From a virus (Duplodnaviria; Caudoviricetes), in the IMG/VR virus record IMGVR_UViG_3300025645_000320, positions 1-29,685 of that record: a DNA stretch of 29,685 nt; one strand, given 5' to 3'. This document shows, one piece after another, positions 19,597 through 28,469 of this stretch. Each line of letters begins with the position of its first letter. The first letter of the stretch is position 1. Position numbers and translations under genes: made by a program. The notes beneath the pieces are model-generated. The model did no database searches, was not told the DNA's origin, and worked only from the letters and a program-made list of their open reading frames with translations.

Positions 19597-20971
19597 GGAT
19601 CTTTTCGTCTAGCGTATCCGGCGACACCATATCAATATAGGTGACAGTGTTCTTCTGGCCAATTCGGTGCGCCCTGTCCTCTGATTGCAGGCGTATCTCC
19701 AAATCGTAGCTATTGCTGAAGTAAATCACCGTCGTTGCGGCGGTCAGGGTAATCCCATAACCGCCCGTCTTTGGTTGGCCCACAAAAAACCGCAGGCGGT
19801 CCTCTGGATCTTGAAAGCGCTCAACGATTTGTTGGCGCTCTTCTTGGGGCGTCTCCCCGTAATAAAGTGCGACTGCTTCGGGCCCAAAGCAGTCGCGCAG
19901 GGCAGAATGTATCCGTTGAATATCGTGGGTGTACGATGCCCAAATTATACATTTTCCCTGAAGCTCTTCCGTAATGCTCATTAGCTCGTCCAGACGGTTA
20001 CTGTCCAAGCTTCTGGTTTCTCCTATGTCAGGAGTAAAATGACCGCAGCATATTTGCTGCAAGCGCATAATCTGTGTCAGGACACTGGTAGTCGTGGCTA
20101 ACTCTCCGTTGTCCAGTTGGGCCAAGGCCATGTCTTTCATCTGGTTATACAGCTTTCCCTGTTCCGCCGTGAGAGGCACGTAGCGCTTCGTGTAAAGCTT
20201 TTCGGGTAGGTCTAGGCATTCTGACTTCAATATGCGCGTACTGAAGCCTGTCAGGCGCTCGTTAAGCTCTTCTAAGCGTCTATACCCCACAATCTCTTGG
20301 AACGAGCGGTGACCCATCGTCTGTTGGCGTACTACAGCATACCTGTTCTGGAAAGCAAAGTAACTATTATAGCCCAAGGCCATTGGGGCCAAGAACGAGC
20401 ACTGACTGAACAAATCCATAGGGCTCTTTGTAATGGGGGATCCCGTCAGGATGCGGCGGTACTTGGCAAACTTTTGCAGAACTTGGAGGTTTTTTGTACG
20501 CGCTGCCTTACGGTTTTTAATCGTAGTGCTTTCATCCACAATCATCATGTTGTTTGGGTTCTGGACAAGAAATCGTCCCGCAGTCTTTGCGCCCCGCTGC
20601 GTAGAAAAGGCTTCGACATTCATTACAAATATCTTCAGACCATCAAAGTCCTCCATGATAAACTCTTCTAGCATAGCCATGTAAGTTTTGGTTGTCTTTG
20701 GATCCCAACGCACGATGCTGCGCGTAATGCTCTCCGGTAAGTGCGCAGGAAACTCACCCTTCACCCAGTTATCGTACACGCCCTTTGGAGCTATGACCAA
20801 AGCCGCATCCAGTTCGCCCTGCTCATAAAGAAGTCCAATGTTATCAATGGCTACCTTGGATTTACCTGTACCCATTTCCATAAACAAAGCATAATACTCC
20901 GCAGCCCACGATTCGTTGAGCGCATCCGCTTGGTGTTTAAAAGGTTTTGTTTTAAAGTTGTAGTTCTGCAT
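19523..20971 (-). CDS. SNF2-family (SF2) helicase/ATPase
   Basis: Motifs MEMGTGKS, IVDEST, ILTGSP, GGYGITLTAA, QSEDRAHRIGQ. Start reassigned from the track's TTG at 21022 to the ATG at 20971 (MQNYNFKTKPF), which has an AAGGAG RBS; 482 aa. Confidence 0.92.
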   Translation of the reverse strand: MQNYNFKTKPFKHQADALNESWAAEYYALFMEMGTGKSKVAIDNIGLLYEQGELDAALVIAPKGVYDNWVKGEFPAHLPESITRSIVRWDPKTTKTYMAMLEEFIMEDFDGLKIFVMNVEAFSTQRGAKTAGRFLVQNPNNMMIVDESTTIKNRKAARTKNLQVLQKFAKYRRILTGSPITKSPMDLFSQCSFLAPMALGYNSYFAFQNRYAVVRQQTMGHRSFQEIVGYRRLEELNERLTGFSTRILKSECLDLPEKLYTKRYVPLTAEQGKLYNQMKDMALAQLDNGELATTTSVLTQIMRLQQICCGHFTPDIGETRSLDSNRLDELMSITEELQGKCIIWASYTHDIQRIHSALRDCFGPEAVALYYGETPQEERQQIVERFQDPEDRLRFFVGQPKTGGYGITLTAATTVIYFSNSYDLEIRLQSEDRAHRIGQKNTVTYIDMVSPDTLDEKILTALKNKVNLAETVLGEEARSWFQ

Positions 20972-20980
20972 CTTTTTCTC

Positions 20981-21023
20981 CTTGACTATGGGATAAGATA
21001 CAACTATATGGGAATATGTCAAG
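20981..21023. promoter_or_regulatory. Overlapping divergent sigma70-like promoters
   Basis: + strand TTGACT (20982-20987), 17 nt, TATATG (21005-21010); - strand TTGACA (21022-21017), 16 nt, TATCTT (21000-20995). Bounded by inverted CTTGAC...GTCAAG and contains two TATGGGA boxes. Confidence 0.7.
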
Positions 21024-21067
21024 GCTCGTAAAAGGAGTCTTTAACCACGAAAAACGGAAAATGAAAA

Positions 21068-21649
21068 ATGAATGATATATCGGAACTAATGGAAGCGGAC
21101 TTTGAGTCCAATTTCGCAAATCCTCTTGAAAAAACCAATAACTCAGCTTTGTCCACAGTGTCAAAGTTGGCTCGTGCTATCAAGGCCAAAGAGCAGGAAG
21201 TCCAGTCTCTGGATGACCAGCTTAAACTTGCCAAAAAAGAATTGCTCAAGTTGACAGATGAAGAATTGCCTGCCTCTATGGCAGAGGTGGGTCTAGCATC
21301 ATTCACCTTGGACGATGGTTCGGAAGTAAACATCAAGCCAACGTATGGTGCTTCGATTTTAGTAAAGAACCGTGAAGCCGCTTATGAGTGGCTACGCGAC
21401 AATGGCTATGACGATATTATCAAGAACACAGTTTCTTGTAGTTTCGGCAGAGGCGAAGACGACAAGGCTTCGGCCTTTAAGGCTTTCGCTTCGAAAGAAG
21501 GTTATTTGGCTGAACAAGCTACGGGTATTCATTCTTCAACCCTTCGGGCGTTTGTCAAAGAACGTGTTGAAAACGGAGATGAATTTCCAATGGATTTATT
21601 TGGGGCGTATGTAGCACAACGCGCTGTTATTAAGAGAGGAAAAGCCTAA
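21068..21649 (+). CDS. Conserved phage replication-module protein of unknown function
   Basis: 193 aa, N-terminal coiled coil, then LP..M.E.G...FTL.DG...A.EWLRDNG..DIIK...H.STL.AFVKE; this type usually precedes phage SSB-like genes (from recall). Confidence 0.7.
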   Translation: MNDISELMEADFESNFANPLEKTNNSALSTVSKLARAIKAKEQEVQSLDDQLKLAKKELLKLTDEELPASMAEVGLASFTLDDGSEVNIKPTYGASILVKNREAAYEWLRDNGYDDIIKNTVSCSFGRGEDDKASAFKAFASKEGYLAEQATGIHSSTLRAFVKERVENGDEFPMDLFGAYVAQRAVIKRGKA

Positions 21650-22422
21650 TGGGTAAAGTTGCTAAGAAACAAGAAACAAATGTTGTAGAGTTTGATATCT
21701 CTATGATGGAAGCCGACGCAAGCGTTGGTGTTTCAAACATGGGCCAAGACGATCTGGCCCTGCCATTCCTTAAAATCTTGTCAGGGTTAGACCCCTTGCT
21801 TGATGAGTTGGATGAAGCCAAGCGCGGTGATCTATACAACACCGTCAGCGGTCAAATCTACAAAGGAAAAGAAGGCGTCATGCTGATCCCTTGTGCATAC
21901 CAACGTCGGTTTATCCAGTGGGCTCCAAGGGGCGCAGGAACGGGGGCACCAATCGCTATCTTTGATACGGCGCAGGATTGCCCAAAGACAGAGCGCAGCA
22001 AAGACGACAACAAAGATTACGTTGTCGGCGGAGATGGCTCGTACATTGAAGAAACCCATCAGCATTTTGTAATACTGGTGGGCGCAGATGGTTCGGCGGA
22101 AACGGCTCTGATCGCCATGAAGTCAACCATGCTCAAGAAAAGCCGCAAGTGGAACAGCATGATTGCGTCCGCCACGGTTCAAGGCAAGAACGGTCCCTTC
22201 ACTCCACCGCGCTTTGGTTTTATCTATCGCGCAAAAACAGTGATGGAAGAAAACAGCAAAGGTAGTTGGCACAACTGGGAAATCTCGCGAGAGAAACAGG
22301 TGGACGATGCCGCGCTGTATGTTCGGGCAAAAGACTTCTCTACAACCATCGACACAGGTGATGTTGTGGTCAAGCACCAGAACGAAGAGGCGCAGAACAA
22401 GTCGGACGACGTTCCATTTTAA
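21649..22422 (+). CDS. Putative single-stranded DNA-binding protein
   Basis: 257 aa with acidic C-terminal tail ending DDVPF (SSB-type tip); located in the replication cluster just before the primase. Confidence 0.65.
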   Translation: MGKVAKKQETNVVEFDISMMEADASVGVSNMGQDDLALPFLKILSGLDPLLDELDEAKRGDLYNTVSGQIYKGKEGVMLIPCAYQRRFIQWAPRGAGTGAPIAIFDTAQDCPKTERSKDDNKDYVVGGDGSYIEETHQHFVILVGADGSAETALIAMKSTMLKKSRKWNSMIASATVQGKNGPFTPPRFGFIYRAKTVMEENSKGSWHNWEISREKQVDDAALYVRAKDFSTTIDTGDVVVKHQNEEAQNKSDDVPF

Positions 22423-22428
22423 TGCAAC

Positions 22429-22453
22429 GGGCGGCGCAAGCCGCCCACCTTTT
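22429..22453 (+). terminator. Intrinsic terminator-like hairpin after the SSB-like gene
   Basis: GGGCGGC-GCAA-GCCGCCC (7-bp GC stem, GNRA loop) followed by ACCTTTT. Confidence 0.65.
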
Positions 22454-22464
22454 CTGAGGTATCA

Positions 22465-24003
22465 ATGTCTGTCCAACAATTCTCAGCCATCTTTGATGGC
22501 CTGCAAGAGGCATACGGCACTTATCGCGTAGATAAAAAGCAGGCTAACGGGAAAAATACTGGCAAAGCACAAATCATTCGGGAGCCACGCTCCGCGAAGC
22601 TATGGCGGGAGCATCTTTCTGGTAAAGGTGCCTCAATGGGTATCATCCCCATTAACGCCGAAAACAAATGCAAGTGGGGGTGCGTAGACGTAGACCAATA
22701 TCCCCTTGATCATAAATTACTGGTAGAAAAGATCCGCAGGCTCAAGCTGCCTTTGGTGGTATGCCGCTCCAAATCAGGCGGGGCTCACTGCTTTCTGTTC
22801 TCTATCGAATGGGTCGAAGCTTCTGACATGCAGAAGGCCCTGCAAAATATTGCCGCGGCCCTTGGCTATGGCGGTAGTGAAATCTTCCCAAAGCAAGTCA
22901 AGCTGCACCTTGACCGTGGAGATGTAGGTAACTTTCTTAACCTACCGTATTACGACGCAGAAGAGGGGCTACGCTACGCTATCTTAGATGACGGCACCTC
23001 TGGTACTCTGGAAGAGTTTTTGGCGCTGTACGAGGCGCATAAGCAAACACCGGAACAGATCGTCAATCTGCAAGTAACCCAAGAAAACGATAGCGAGGCC
23101 TTTGCCAACGGTCCGCCGTGCCTAAAAGCTTTAGCGCGTATCAAAATATCAGAGGGTGGGCGCAACAACGGCCTGTTCAACGTTGGTGTATATCTGCGTA
23201 AAGCGCACCCCGACACGTGGGAGACAGAAATCCTGCGCTATAACAACGATTACTTTGAACCGCCCCTGCCTCTTAACGAGGTCAACGTGGTCGCAAAGCA
23301 AGTGCAGCGTAAAGAATATGCTTACAAGTGTAACGATGCGCCCATCAATGCTTACTGCAACAAGGATCTATGCCGTACCCAACGGTTTGGTATCGGAGCC
23401 GCAGCGTCAGGGGTGCCCGTAGCAAACCTGCGCAAGTACAACTCCACGCCGCCTGTGTGGTTCTTGGACGTCAACGGTGAACCCTTAGAGCTAGACACCG
23501 ATGGTCTAATGAACCAACCCTCGTTCCAACGGGCCTGCATGGAGCAACTTAATCTCATGCCGCACACTGTAGCCAAGCCGCAGTGGGAAGGGCGCATAAG
23601 TTCCTTGCTAAGAGAAATGGCAGAGAATGACAGTGCTATCGTAGAGGTCGCTCAAGATGCCAGTATCAACGGGCAGTTCTACGATTATCTGGAAGAGTTC
23701 TGTGTCTTACTGCAAACCGCGCAGGACAAGGAAGAAATCCTACTCCGCCGCCCGTGGACAGATGACGAAGAGCAAATGACTTACTTCCGTTTGAAAGACT
23801 TCGAAGCCTTTCTAAAAAAGAATAAGTTCTTTGAACTCAAGTCGCACAAGATTGCTCAACGCCTACGGGACATTAACGGCGAAAGCATGTTGCTTAAAAT
23901 CAAAGGTCGCCCTGTCCGCGTATGGAAGATACCTGCCTATGACAACGGTGACGTCGAACTGGCTACTCCAATCTTTGCAGCGAAAGGGGAGGCACCTTTC
24001 TGA
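22465..24003 (+). CDS. Archaeo-eukaryotic-type primase (AEP) with PriCT-like domain
   Basis: WGCVDVD (DxD), RSKSGGAH (His motif), GNFLNLPY, then PPCL...EGGRNNGLF and PPL...EV typical of primase C-terminal domains; GAGGT RBS. Confidence 0.8.
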   Translation: MSVQQFSAIFDGLQEAYGTYRVDKKQANGKNTGKAQIIREPRSAKLWREHLSGKGASMGIIPINAENKCKWGCVDVDQYPLDHKLLVEKIRRLKLPLVVCRSKSGGAHCFLFSIEWVEASDMQKALQNIAAALGYGGSEIFPKQVKLHLDRGDVGNFLNLPYYDAEEGLRYAILDDGTSGTLEEFLALYEAHKQTPEQIVNLQVTQENDSEAFANGPPCLKALARIKISEGGRNNGLFNVGVYLRKAHPDTWETEILRYNNDYFEPPLPLNEVNVVAKQVQRKEYAYKCNDAPINAYCNKDLCRTQRFGIGAAASGVPVANLRKYNSTPPVWFLDVNGEPLELDTDGLMNQPSFQRACMEQLNLMPHTVAKPQWEGRISSLLREMAENDSAIVEVAQDASINGQFYDYLEEFCVLLQTAQDKEEILLRRPWTDDEEQMTYFRLKDFEAFLKKNKFFELKSHKIAQRLRDINGESMLLKIKGRPVRVWKIPAYDNGDVELATPIFAAKGEAPF

Positions 24004-25520
24004 TGTTTAGAATATTTGGACCGCCCGGAACGGGCAAGACTACCACTCTACTAAATATGGTAGACAAAGCTTTGGAAGCAGGCACCCCACCACAATCCAT
24101 AGGGTTCTTGGCCTTTACCCGCAAAGCGGCAACAGAAGCAAAGGAACGCGCTGCGGCGCGTTTTCGTTTGGACCCACAAAAGGATCTGCAATACTTTCGC
24201 ACCCTGCACAGCTTTGCACTCTCCCTGTCAGGAATCCGTCCAGAACAAATCATGCAACCTGAGAACTATAAAGAACTCAGCGAAGCAATGGGCATCAAAC
24301 TGGAGACAGGTCGCGTCAATCAATTAGAAGAAGACGTCCAAGATGCCGTCAAAGCCAGTGACCCCATCCTTGGGCTCATCAACCTCGCGAGGCTGAAGAA
24401 GACTTCTTTGCGTAAGGAGTATAATCTTAGCAGCATTGAACACGATTGGAACACCGTCAACCATGTGGACCGCTCGCTGCGCTCCTACAAACACGAAAGC
24501 GGCCTTTATGACTTCACCGATATGCTGCAAGGTTTTATCGACAAGGGACACCAGTTCTGCCCGCGCTTTAACCTATGCTTTGTAGACGAAGCCCAAGACT
24601 TATCCCCCATGCAGTGGGACATTGCCCATCTGATAGAAGCCAAAACCAAGCAGATGTACTGCGCAGGAGACGATGACCAAGCCATCTACAAATGGGCAGG
24701 GGCCGACGTTGAACACTTCCTTGGTTTAGACGGCGGATCAGAAACGCTTAAACAATCCTACCGTATACCAGCAAGCGTTCACCGCGTGGCAGAAACAATC
24801 GCCCGCCGCATCCATCACCGTTACCCCAAGATATACAAACCACGCGAAGAAGAAGGCCAGTGCCGACGCGTGGCGCAAGTCGGGGAACTGGACATGAGCG
24901 AAGGCTCGTGGCTCATACTTGCACAAGCAGGATACCAACTACAGCCCGTGGCAACAGACCTGCGGTCCTTTGGTTATCTGTACGAATACCGCGGCTCACG
25001 GTCCATTGGTCAAAAACTAAGTGACGCCGTAAACGGGTGGACTGACCTACAACGCGGTAAGGAAATACCTATCGACACAGCCCGAAACATCTATAGCTTT
25101 ATGTCTACAGGAAAACGCGTGGCACGGGGGTATAAGAAAATCAAAGGCGTTCCAGATGACGAACTGGTTAACATCGACGATCTGCAAATATCCCACGGCC
25201 TTATAGCCACAAAGGATATGATCTGGTCTGAAGCAATGGACCGCATTGCAGATAAAGACCGCGCCTACGTGACAGCATTGCTGCGCCGCGGAGAAAAGTT
25301 CAACGGCATTCCCCGCATTGTAGTGTCCACGATCCACGGTTCAAAAGGTGGAGAGGCGGACAACGTTGTATTGTTCACGGACCTGTCACCCGCTGCGGAC
25401 AGTACCCTGCGAATTGCACCCGACGATGTTCATCGTGTTTTCTACGTCGGCGTGACGCGTACAAGAAAGAACTTGTATTTGGTGGAGCCTGAAGACGCGA
25501 CAAGGAGTTATGATATATGA
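24003..25520 (+). CDS. UvrD/Rep-like superfamily 1 helicase
   Basis: GPPGTGKT, LAFTRKAA, TLHS, VDEAQD, GDDDQAIY, QSYR, STIHGSKGGEAD, FYVGVTR. Confidence 0.93.
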   Translation: MFRIFGPPGTGKTTTLLNMVDKALEAGTPPQSIGFLAFTRKAATEAKERAAARFRLDPQKDLQYFRTLHSFALSLSGIRPEQIMQPENYKELSEAMGIKLETGRVNQLEEDVQDAVKASDPILGLINLARLKKTSLRKEYNLSSIEHDWNTVNHVDRSLRSYKHESGLYDFTDMLQGFIDKGHQFCPRFNLCFVDEAQDLSPMQWDIAHLIEAKTKQMYCAGDDDQAIYKWAGADVEHFLGLDGGSETLKQSYRIPASVHRVAETIARRIHHRYPKIYKPREEEGQCRRVAQVGELDMSEGSWLILAQAGYQLQPVATDLRSFGYLYEYRGSRSIGQKLSDAVNGWTDLQRGKEIPIDTARNIYSFMSTGKRVARGYKKIKGVPDDELVNIDDLQISHGLIATKDMIWSEAMDRIADKDRAYVTALLRRGEKFNGIPRIVVSTIHGSKGGEADNVVLFTDLSPAADSTLRIAPDDVHRVFYVGVTRTRKNLYLVEPEDATRSYDI

Positions 25521-25834
25521 AAGTCTTCGAAGAAAAGTTGGGTCAGGCTATGGCCAAACTCGCTATCGTTGAAAATGCACGAGCCCGAAAAACTTGGGGA
25601 AACATGAACGCGTATAGCGCGGAGAAAAATCAAACAAACGGGTACAAAGGGGGCAGGCCAAAGTCGGATAAGTCTCTAAGACCGCTCAACCCCACCGCTC
25701 GCATGGTCGATAAGATGCTGAAAAATGGTTTGAATTGTGTTGAGATTGCGGATGTCTTAGACAAACACCCTGACACTGTGCGCGATATTAAAGCGCGATA
25801 TGAATTACCAAGAGAAGAAAAAAATGAAACGTGA
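25517..25834 (+). CDS. Small putative DNA-binding protein (C-terminal HTH)
   Basis: 105 aa, AGGAG RBS; NGYKGGRPK basic motif and GLNCVEIADVLDKHPDTVR helix-turn-helix pattern. Confidence 0.6.
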   Translation: MKVFEEKLGQAMAKLAIVENARARKTWGNMNAYSAEKNQTNGYKGGRPKSDKSLRPLNPTARMVDKMLKNGLNCVEIADVLDKHPDTVRDIKARYELPREEKNET

Positions 25835-26075
25835 TGAAATCCTTCAGACAGCGCAGGCCCTTATAAACGGAGAACGTGCATCCGAATACGGTGATGCAAA
25901 ACAGAACTTCCAAGATATCGCAGACCTCTGGTCCGTCTTTCTAGGTCGCCCGACAACGCGGCAAGAGGTTGCGGTCTGCATGGTTTTGGTAAAATCCGCA
26001 CGGCTTATGAAATCCAACAAAGAGGACTCATGGGTGGACATCTGTGGGTATGCCGCTTTAGGAGGAGAGCAATGA
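25824..26075 (+). CDS. DUF6378-like phage protein
   Basis: R..EYGD...NF..IA.LWS......VA.CM...K.AR......DSWVD..GYAA pattern; start moved to the ATG at 25824 (MKRDEIL), 83 aa. Confidence 0.75.
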   Translation: MKRDEILQTAQALINGERASEYGDAKQNFQDIADLWSVFLGRPTTRQEVAVCMVLVKSARLMKSNKEDSWVDICGYAALGGEQ

Positions 26076-26251
26076 ATTGCTGGCACTGCAAAGCAAAATT
26101 AATCTGGGGCGGAGATGATGATGCCGAGGATGAGCCTGAATATGACATGGTTACCAATCTCTCATGCTCTAACTGCGATACGTTTGTATTAGTTTATTAT
26201 AAGGAACCAGAAGATGAGCCTACAGATGGCAATGTTCACACCGGAGAATGA
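26072..26251 (+). CDS. Small zinc-ribbon protein (59 aa)
   Basis: MNCWHC...LIWGGD...NLSCSNC; ATGA overlap with the upstream gene and a GGAGGAG RBS at 26061-26067, so the real start is 26072 rather than 26030. Confidence 0.75.
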   Translation: MNCWHCKAKLIWGGDDDAEDEPEYDMVTNLSCSNCDTFVLVYYKEPEDEPTDGNVHTGE

Positions 26252-28106
26252 ATGGGTTCCGCCCAGTGAACTCCCTGATCTTACTGGTGCCAAGCGCATT
26301 GCTATAGATTTGGAAACCAAAGATCCCAATCTAAAAAACGCGGGCCCCGGATGGGCCACCGGAGACGGTGAGGTAGTAGGTTATGCCGTTGCCACAGAGA
26401 ACTGGAGCGGCTACATTCCTATTAGACATTTCGGCGGCGGGAACATATGCGAAAAACAAGCCAATCGTTGGTTAAAAAAAGTTTTCGAAAGTCCCGCAGA
26501 CAAAATCATGCACAATGCTCAATACGACGCTGGATGGGCACGGCGCATGGGTTTTACCGTAAATGGCAAAGTAATCGACACTATGGTCATAGCATCCCTG
26601 CTCGACGAAAACAGGTTTAGCTACACGCTTAACTCCCTGTCGTTTGACCATCTGGGCAAAGTTAAATCCGAAAAGCAACTGATCGAAGCTGCAAAAGCAT
26701 TTGGCGTGGACCCCAAAGCAGAGATGTGGAAGTTACCCGCCATGTTCGTCGGGCCTTATGCAGAAGCAGACGCGGAACTCGCACTGGAACTCTATAATTA
26801 TTTTTCCGTAGAAGTTTCTAAAGACGGCCTGTCAAACATCGTGGACGTCGAAACACGGCTCTTGCCCTGCTTGGTGGACATGACTTGGCGCGGCGTCAGA
26901 GTAGATACGGACAAAGCAGAGCGCACACGTAACGCACTGCTCAAGCGCGAGAAAGAAATTTTAAAAAAGATAAGATCCACCGTAGGCTTTGACGTCGAGA
27001 TATGGGCCGCGCAGTCTATCGCCAAAGCCTTCGACGAAGCATCTCTCCCCTACGAGCGCACAGAAAAAGGTCAGCCATCCTTTACTAAAGGGTTTCTCTC
27101 TGACCATCCGTCAGAACTGGCGCAACTTATCGTGCAAGCCCGTAACCTCAACAAAACCTCTGGCACATTTATCAACACTATTCTCAAGCATTGCCGCTCA
27201 GATGGTCGTATTCACGCCCACATAAACCAAATCCGCTCCGACGATGGCGGCACGGTCAGCGGTCGTATATCCATGAACCATCCCAACCTACAGCAAATCC
27301 CCGCACGGGATCCAGAGCTAGGCCCCATGATCCGCAGCCTCTTCCTACCAGAAGAAGGCGAGCAGTGGGCCGCAATTGACTTCTCGCAACAAGAACCGCG
27401 GATCTTGGTTCATTACGCGCACCTGTTTGGTGAACAAAGAGGTCGTCCGCTCAAGGGCGCAAAAGAATTTGTAGATAGCTACAATGAAGATAGCAGCACA
27501 GACTTCCACACGATGGTCGCAGAGATGGCGCAAATTCCACGCAAACAGGCCAAGACAATTAACCTTGGCATGATGTACGGCATGGGCGTGGCAAAGCTCG
27601 CGGACCAATTAGATATTCCCGTGGACGAAGCCAAAGGTCTGGTTTCCCAGTACCATGACCGTGTGCCTTTCGTTAAGGGTCTGATGCACGGGGTGATGAA
27701 CAGGCTTAACGAAAAGGACAGTCGCGGGGCGCTGCGCTCGCTTCTGGGCAGAAAACTACGCTTTCCGTTATGGGAGCCCGACACGTTTGCCATGAACAAG
27801 GCGCTGCCATACGAGGAAGCCGTGAAAACATATGGCGACACAACACGCTTAAAACGCGCTTACACATACAAAGCCTTGAACCGTTTAATTCAAGCGTCCG
27901 CCGCGGACATGACCAAGCAGTCTATGGTCAACATATATGAGAGCGGGCGGATTCCTTTGATACAAATCCACGATGAAATCGCCATGTCAGTTGCAGACAG
28001 AAATGATGCAAAAAAGGTTGCAGAGATGATGCAAAGTGCTGTACCATTAAGTGTACCTAGCCTGTGTGACGTCGAAGTAGGCCCATCTTGGGGTGAAGCC
28101 GTCTAG
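26214..28106 (+). CDS. polA: Family A DNA polymerase with 3'-5' exonuclease domain and no 5'-3' exonuclease domain
   Basis: Exo motifs IAIDLET, HNAQYD, YAEAD; polymerase motifs TVSGRIS...PNLQQIP, A DFSQQEPR, B RKQAKTINLGMMYG, C IHDEI. Confidence 0.95.
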   Translation: MSLQMAMFTPENEWVPPSELPDLTGAKRIAIDLETKDPNLKNAGPGWATGDGEVVGYAVATENWSGYIPIRHFGGGNICEKQANRWLKKVFESPADKIMHNAQYDAGWARRMGFTVNGKVIDTMVIASLLDENRFSYTLNSLSFDHLGKVKSEKQLIEAAKAFGVDPKAEMWKLPAMFVGPYAEADAELALELYNYFSVEVSKDGLSNIVDVETRLLPCLVDMTWRGVRVDTDKAERTRNALLKREKEILKKIRSTVGFDVEIWAAQSIAKAFDEASLPYERTEKGQPSFTKGFLSDHPSELAQLIVQARNLNKTSGTFINTILKHCRSDGRIHAHINQIRSDDGGTVSGRISMNHPNLQQIPARDPELGPMIRSLFLPEEGEQWAAIDFSQQEPRILVHYAHLFGEQRGRPLKGAKEFVDSYNEDSSTDFHTMVAEMAQIPRKQAKTINLGMMYGMGVAKLADQLDIPVDEAKGLVSQYHDRVPFVKGLMHGVMNRLNEKDSRGALRSLLGRKLRFPLWEPDTFAMNKALPYEEAVKTYGDTTRLKRAYTYKALNRLIQASAADMTKQSMVNIYESGRIPLIQIHDEIAMSVADRNDAKKVAEMMQSAVPLSVPSLCDVEVGPSWGEAV

Positions 28107-28147
28107 TCATGTTAGTTCTGCTCATGGACAGATCGCCTGTCTTAACT

Positions 28148-28185
28148 CCCGTCCATTAGGTTTCGCACTGTTGGACGGGTTTTTT
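28148..28185 (+). terminator. Intrinsic terminator after polA
   Basis: CCCGTCCA (28148-28155) / TGGACGGG (28172-28179) 8-bp stem followed by TTTTTT; the loop is long (16 nt). Confidence 0.7.
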
Positions 28186-28187
28186 CC

Positions 28188-28216
28188 TTGCTCTCCCCCA
28201 TAACATCCTATATTGT
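28188..28216 (+). promoter_or_regulatory. Putative promoter of the RHH gene with CCCATA and ATCCTATA boxes
   Basis: TTGCTC (28188-28193), 17 nt, TATTGT (28211-28216); contains CCCCATA and ATCCTATA. Confidence 0.45.
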
Positions 28217-28241
28217 TGGTTAAAACTAGAGAGGTTCACAT

Positions 28242-28388
28242 ATGGATACCGATAAATGGAAAAGCGTTCTTGTCCCAATTGAGGTGTACAAGGAAATTAA
28301 AGCGCTCTCACAGACCGAAGGTCGAACAATTAGCGGTCAATTGCGGATTATCTTCGAAGCATACAAGCGCGAACAAGAAAGCGCTTGA
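28242..28388 (+). CDS. Ribbon-helix-helix (Arc/CopG-like) DNA-binding protein, 48 aa, absent from the ORF track
   Basis: MDTDKWKSVLVPIEVYKEIKALSQTEGRTISGQLRIIFEAYKREQESA*; GAGAGG RBS; strand KSVLV, helix, GRTIS turn, helix. Confidence 0.8.
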   Translation: MDTDKWKSVLVPIEVYKEIKALSQTEGRTISGQLRIIFEAYKREQESA

Positions 28389-28413
28389 CTTATCCCATAC
28401 ACTTCTATATTCA
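28385..28413 (+). promoter_or_regulatory. Putative promoter with ATCCCATA box
   Basis: TTGACT (28385-28390) TATCCCATA... then TATATT (28406-28411) or TATTCA (28408-28413). Confidence 0.5.
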
Positions 28414-28440
28414 GAGCGTACCTCATAAAAGATTTGATTG

Positions 28441-28468
28441 CGCCCTGAAGTTTACTTTGGGGCGTTTT
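28441..28468 (+). terminator. Terminator-like hairpin immediately before the 79-aa ORF
   Basis: CGCCCTGAAG-TTTA-CTTTGGGGCG (10-bp stem with two G-U pairs) followed by TTTT. Confidence 0.45.
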
Positions 28469-28469
28469 C

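Noticed and set aside
20972-21022. 17-aa N-terminal extension of SNF2 from the TTG at 21022 (ORF track)
   Set aside because: That TTG is part of a TTGACA -35 element, and the ATG at 20971 has a strong AAGGAG RBS.
26030-26071. Longer start for the zinc-ribbon ORF
   Set aside because: The ATG at 26072 has a GGAGGAG RBS and ATGA coupling; the extension lies inside the upstream gene.
159-27841. Many short antisense or alternate-frame ORFs in the track (60-176 aa)
   Set aside because: They lie within long, motif-bearing genes, lack recognisable motifs and are the expected shadow ORFs.
28213-28428. 71-aa ORF in the track
   Set aside because: It overlaps the better-supported RHH gene in another frame, starts at a TTG inside a promoter and has no RBS.
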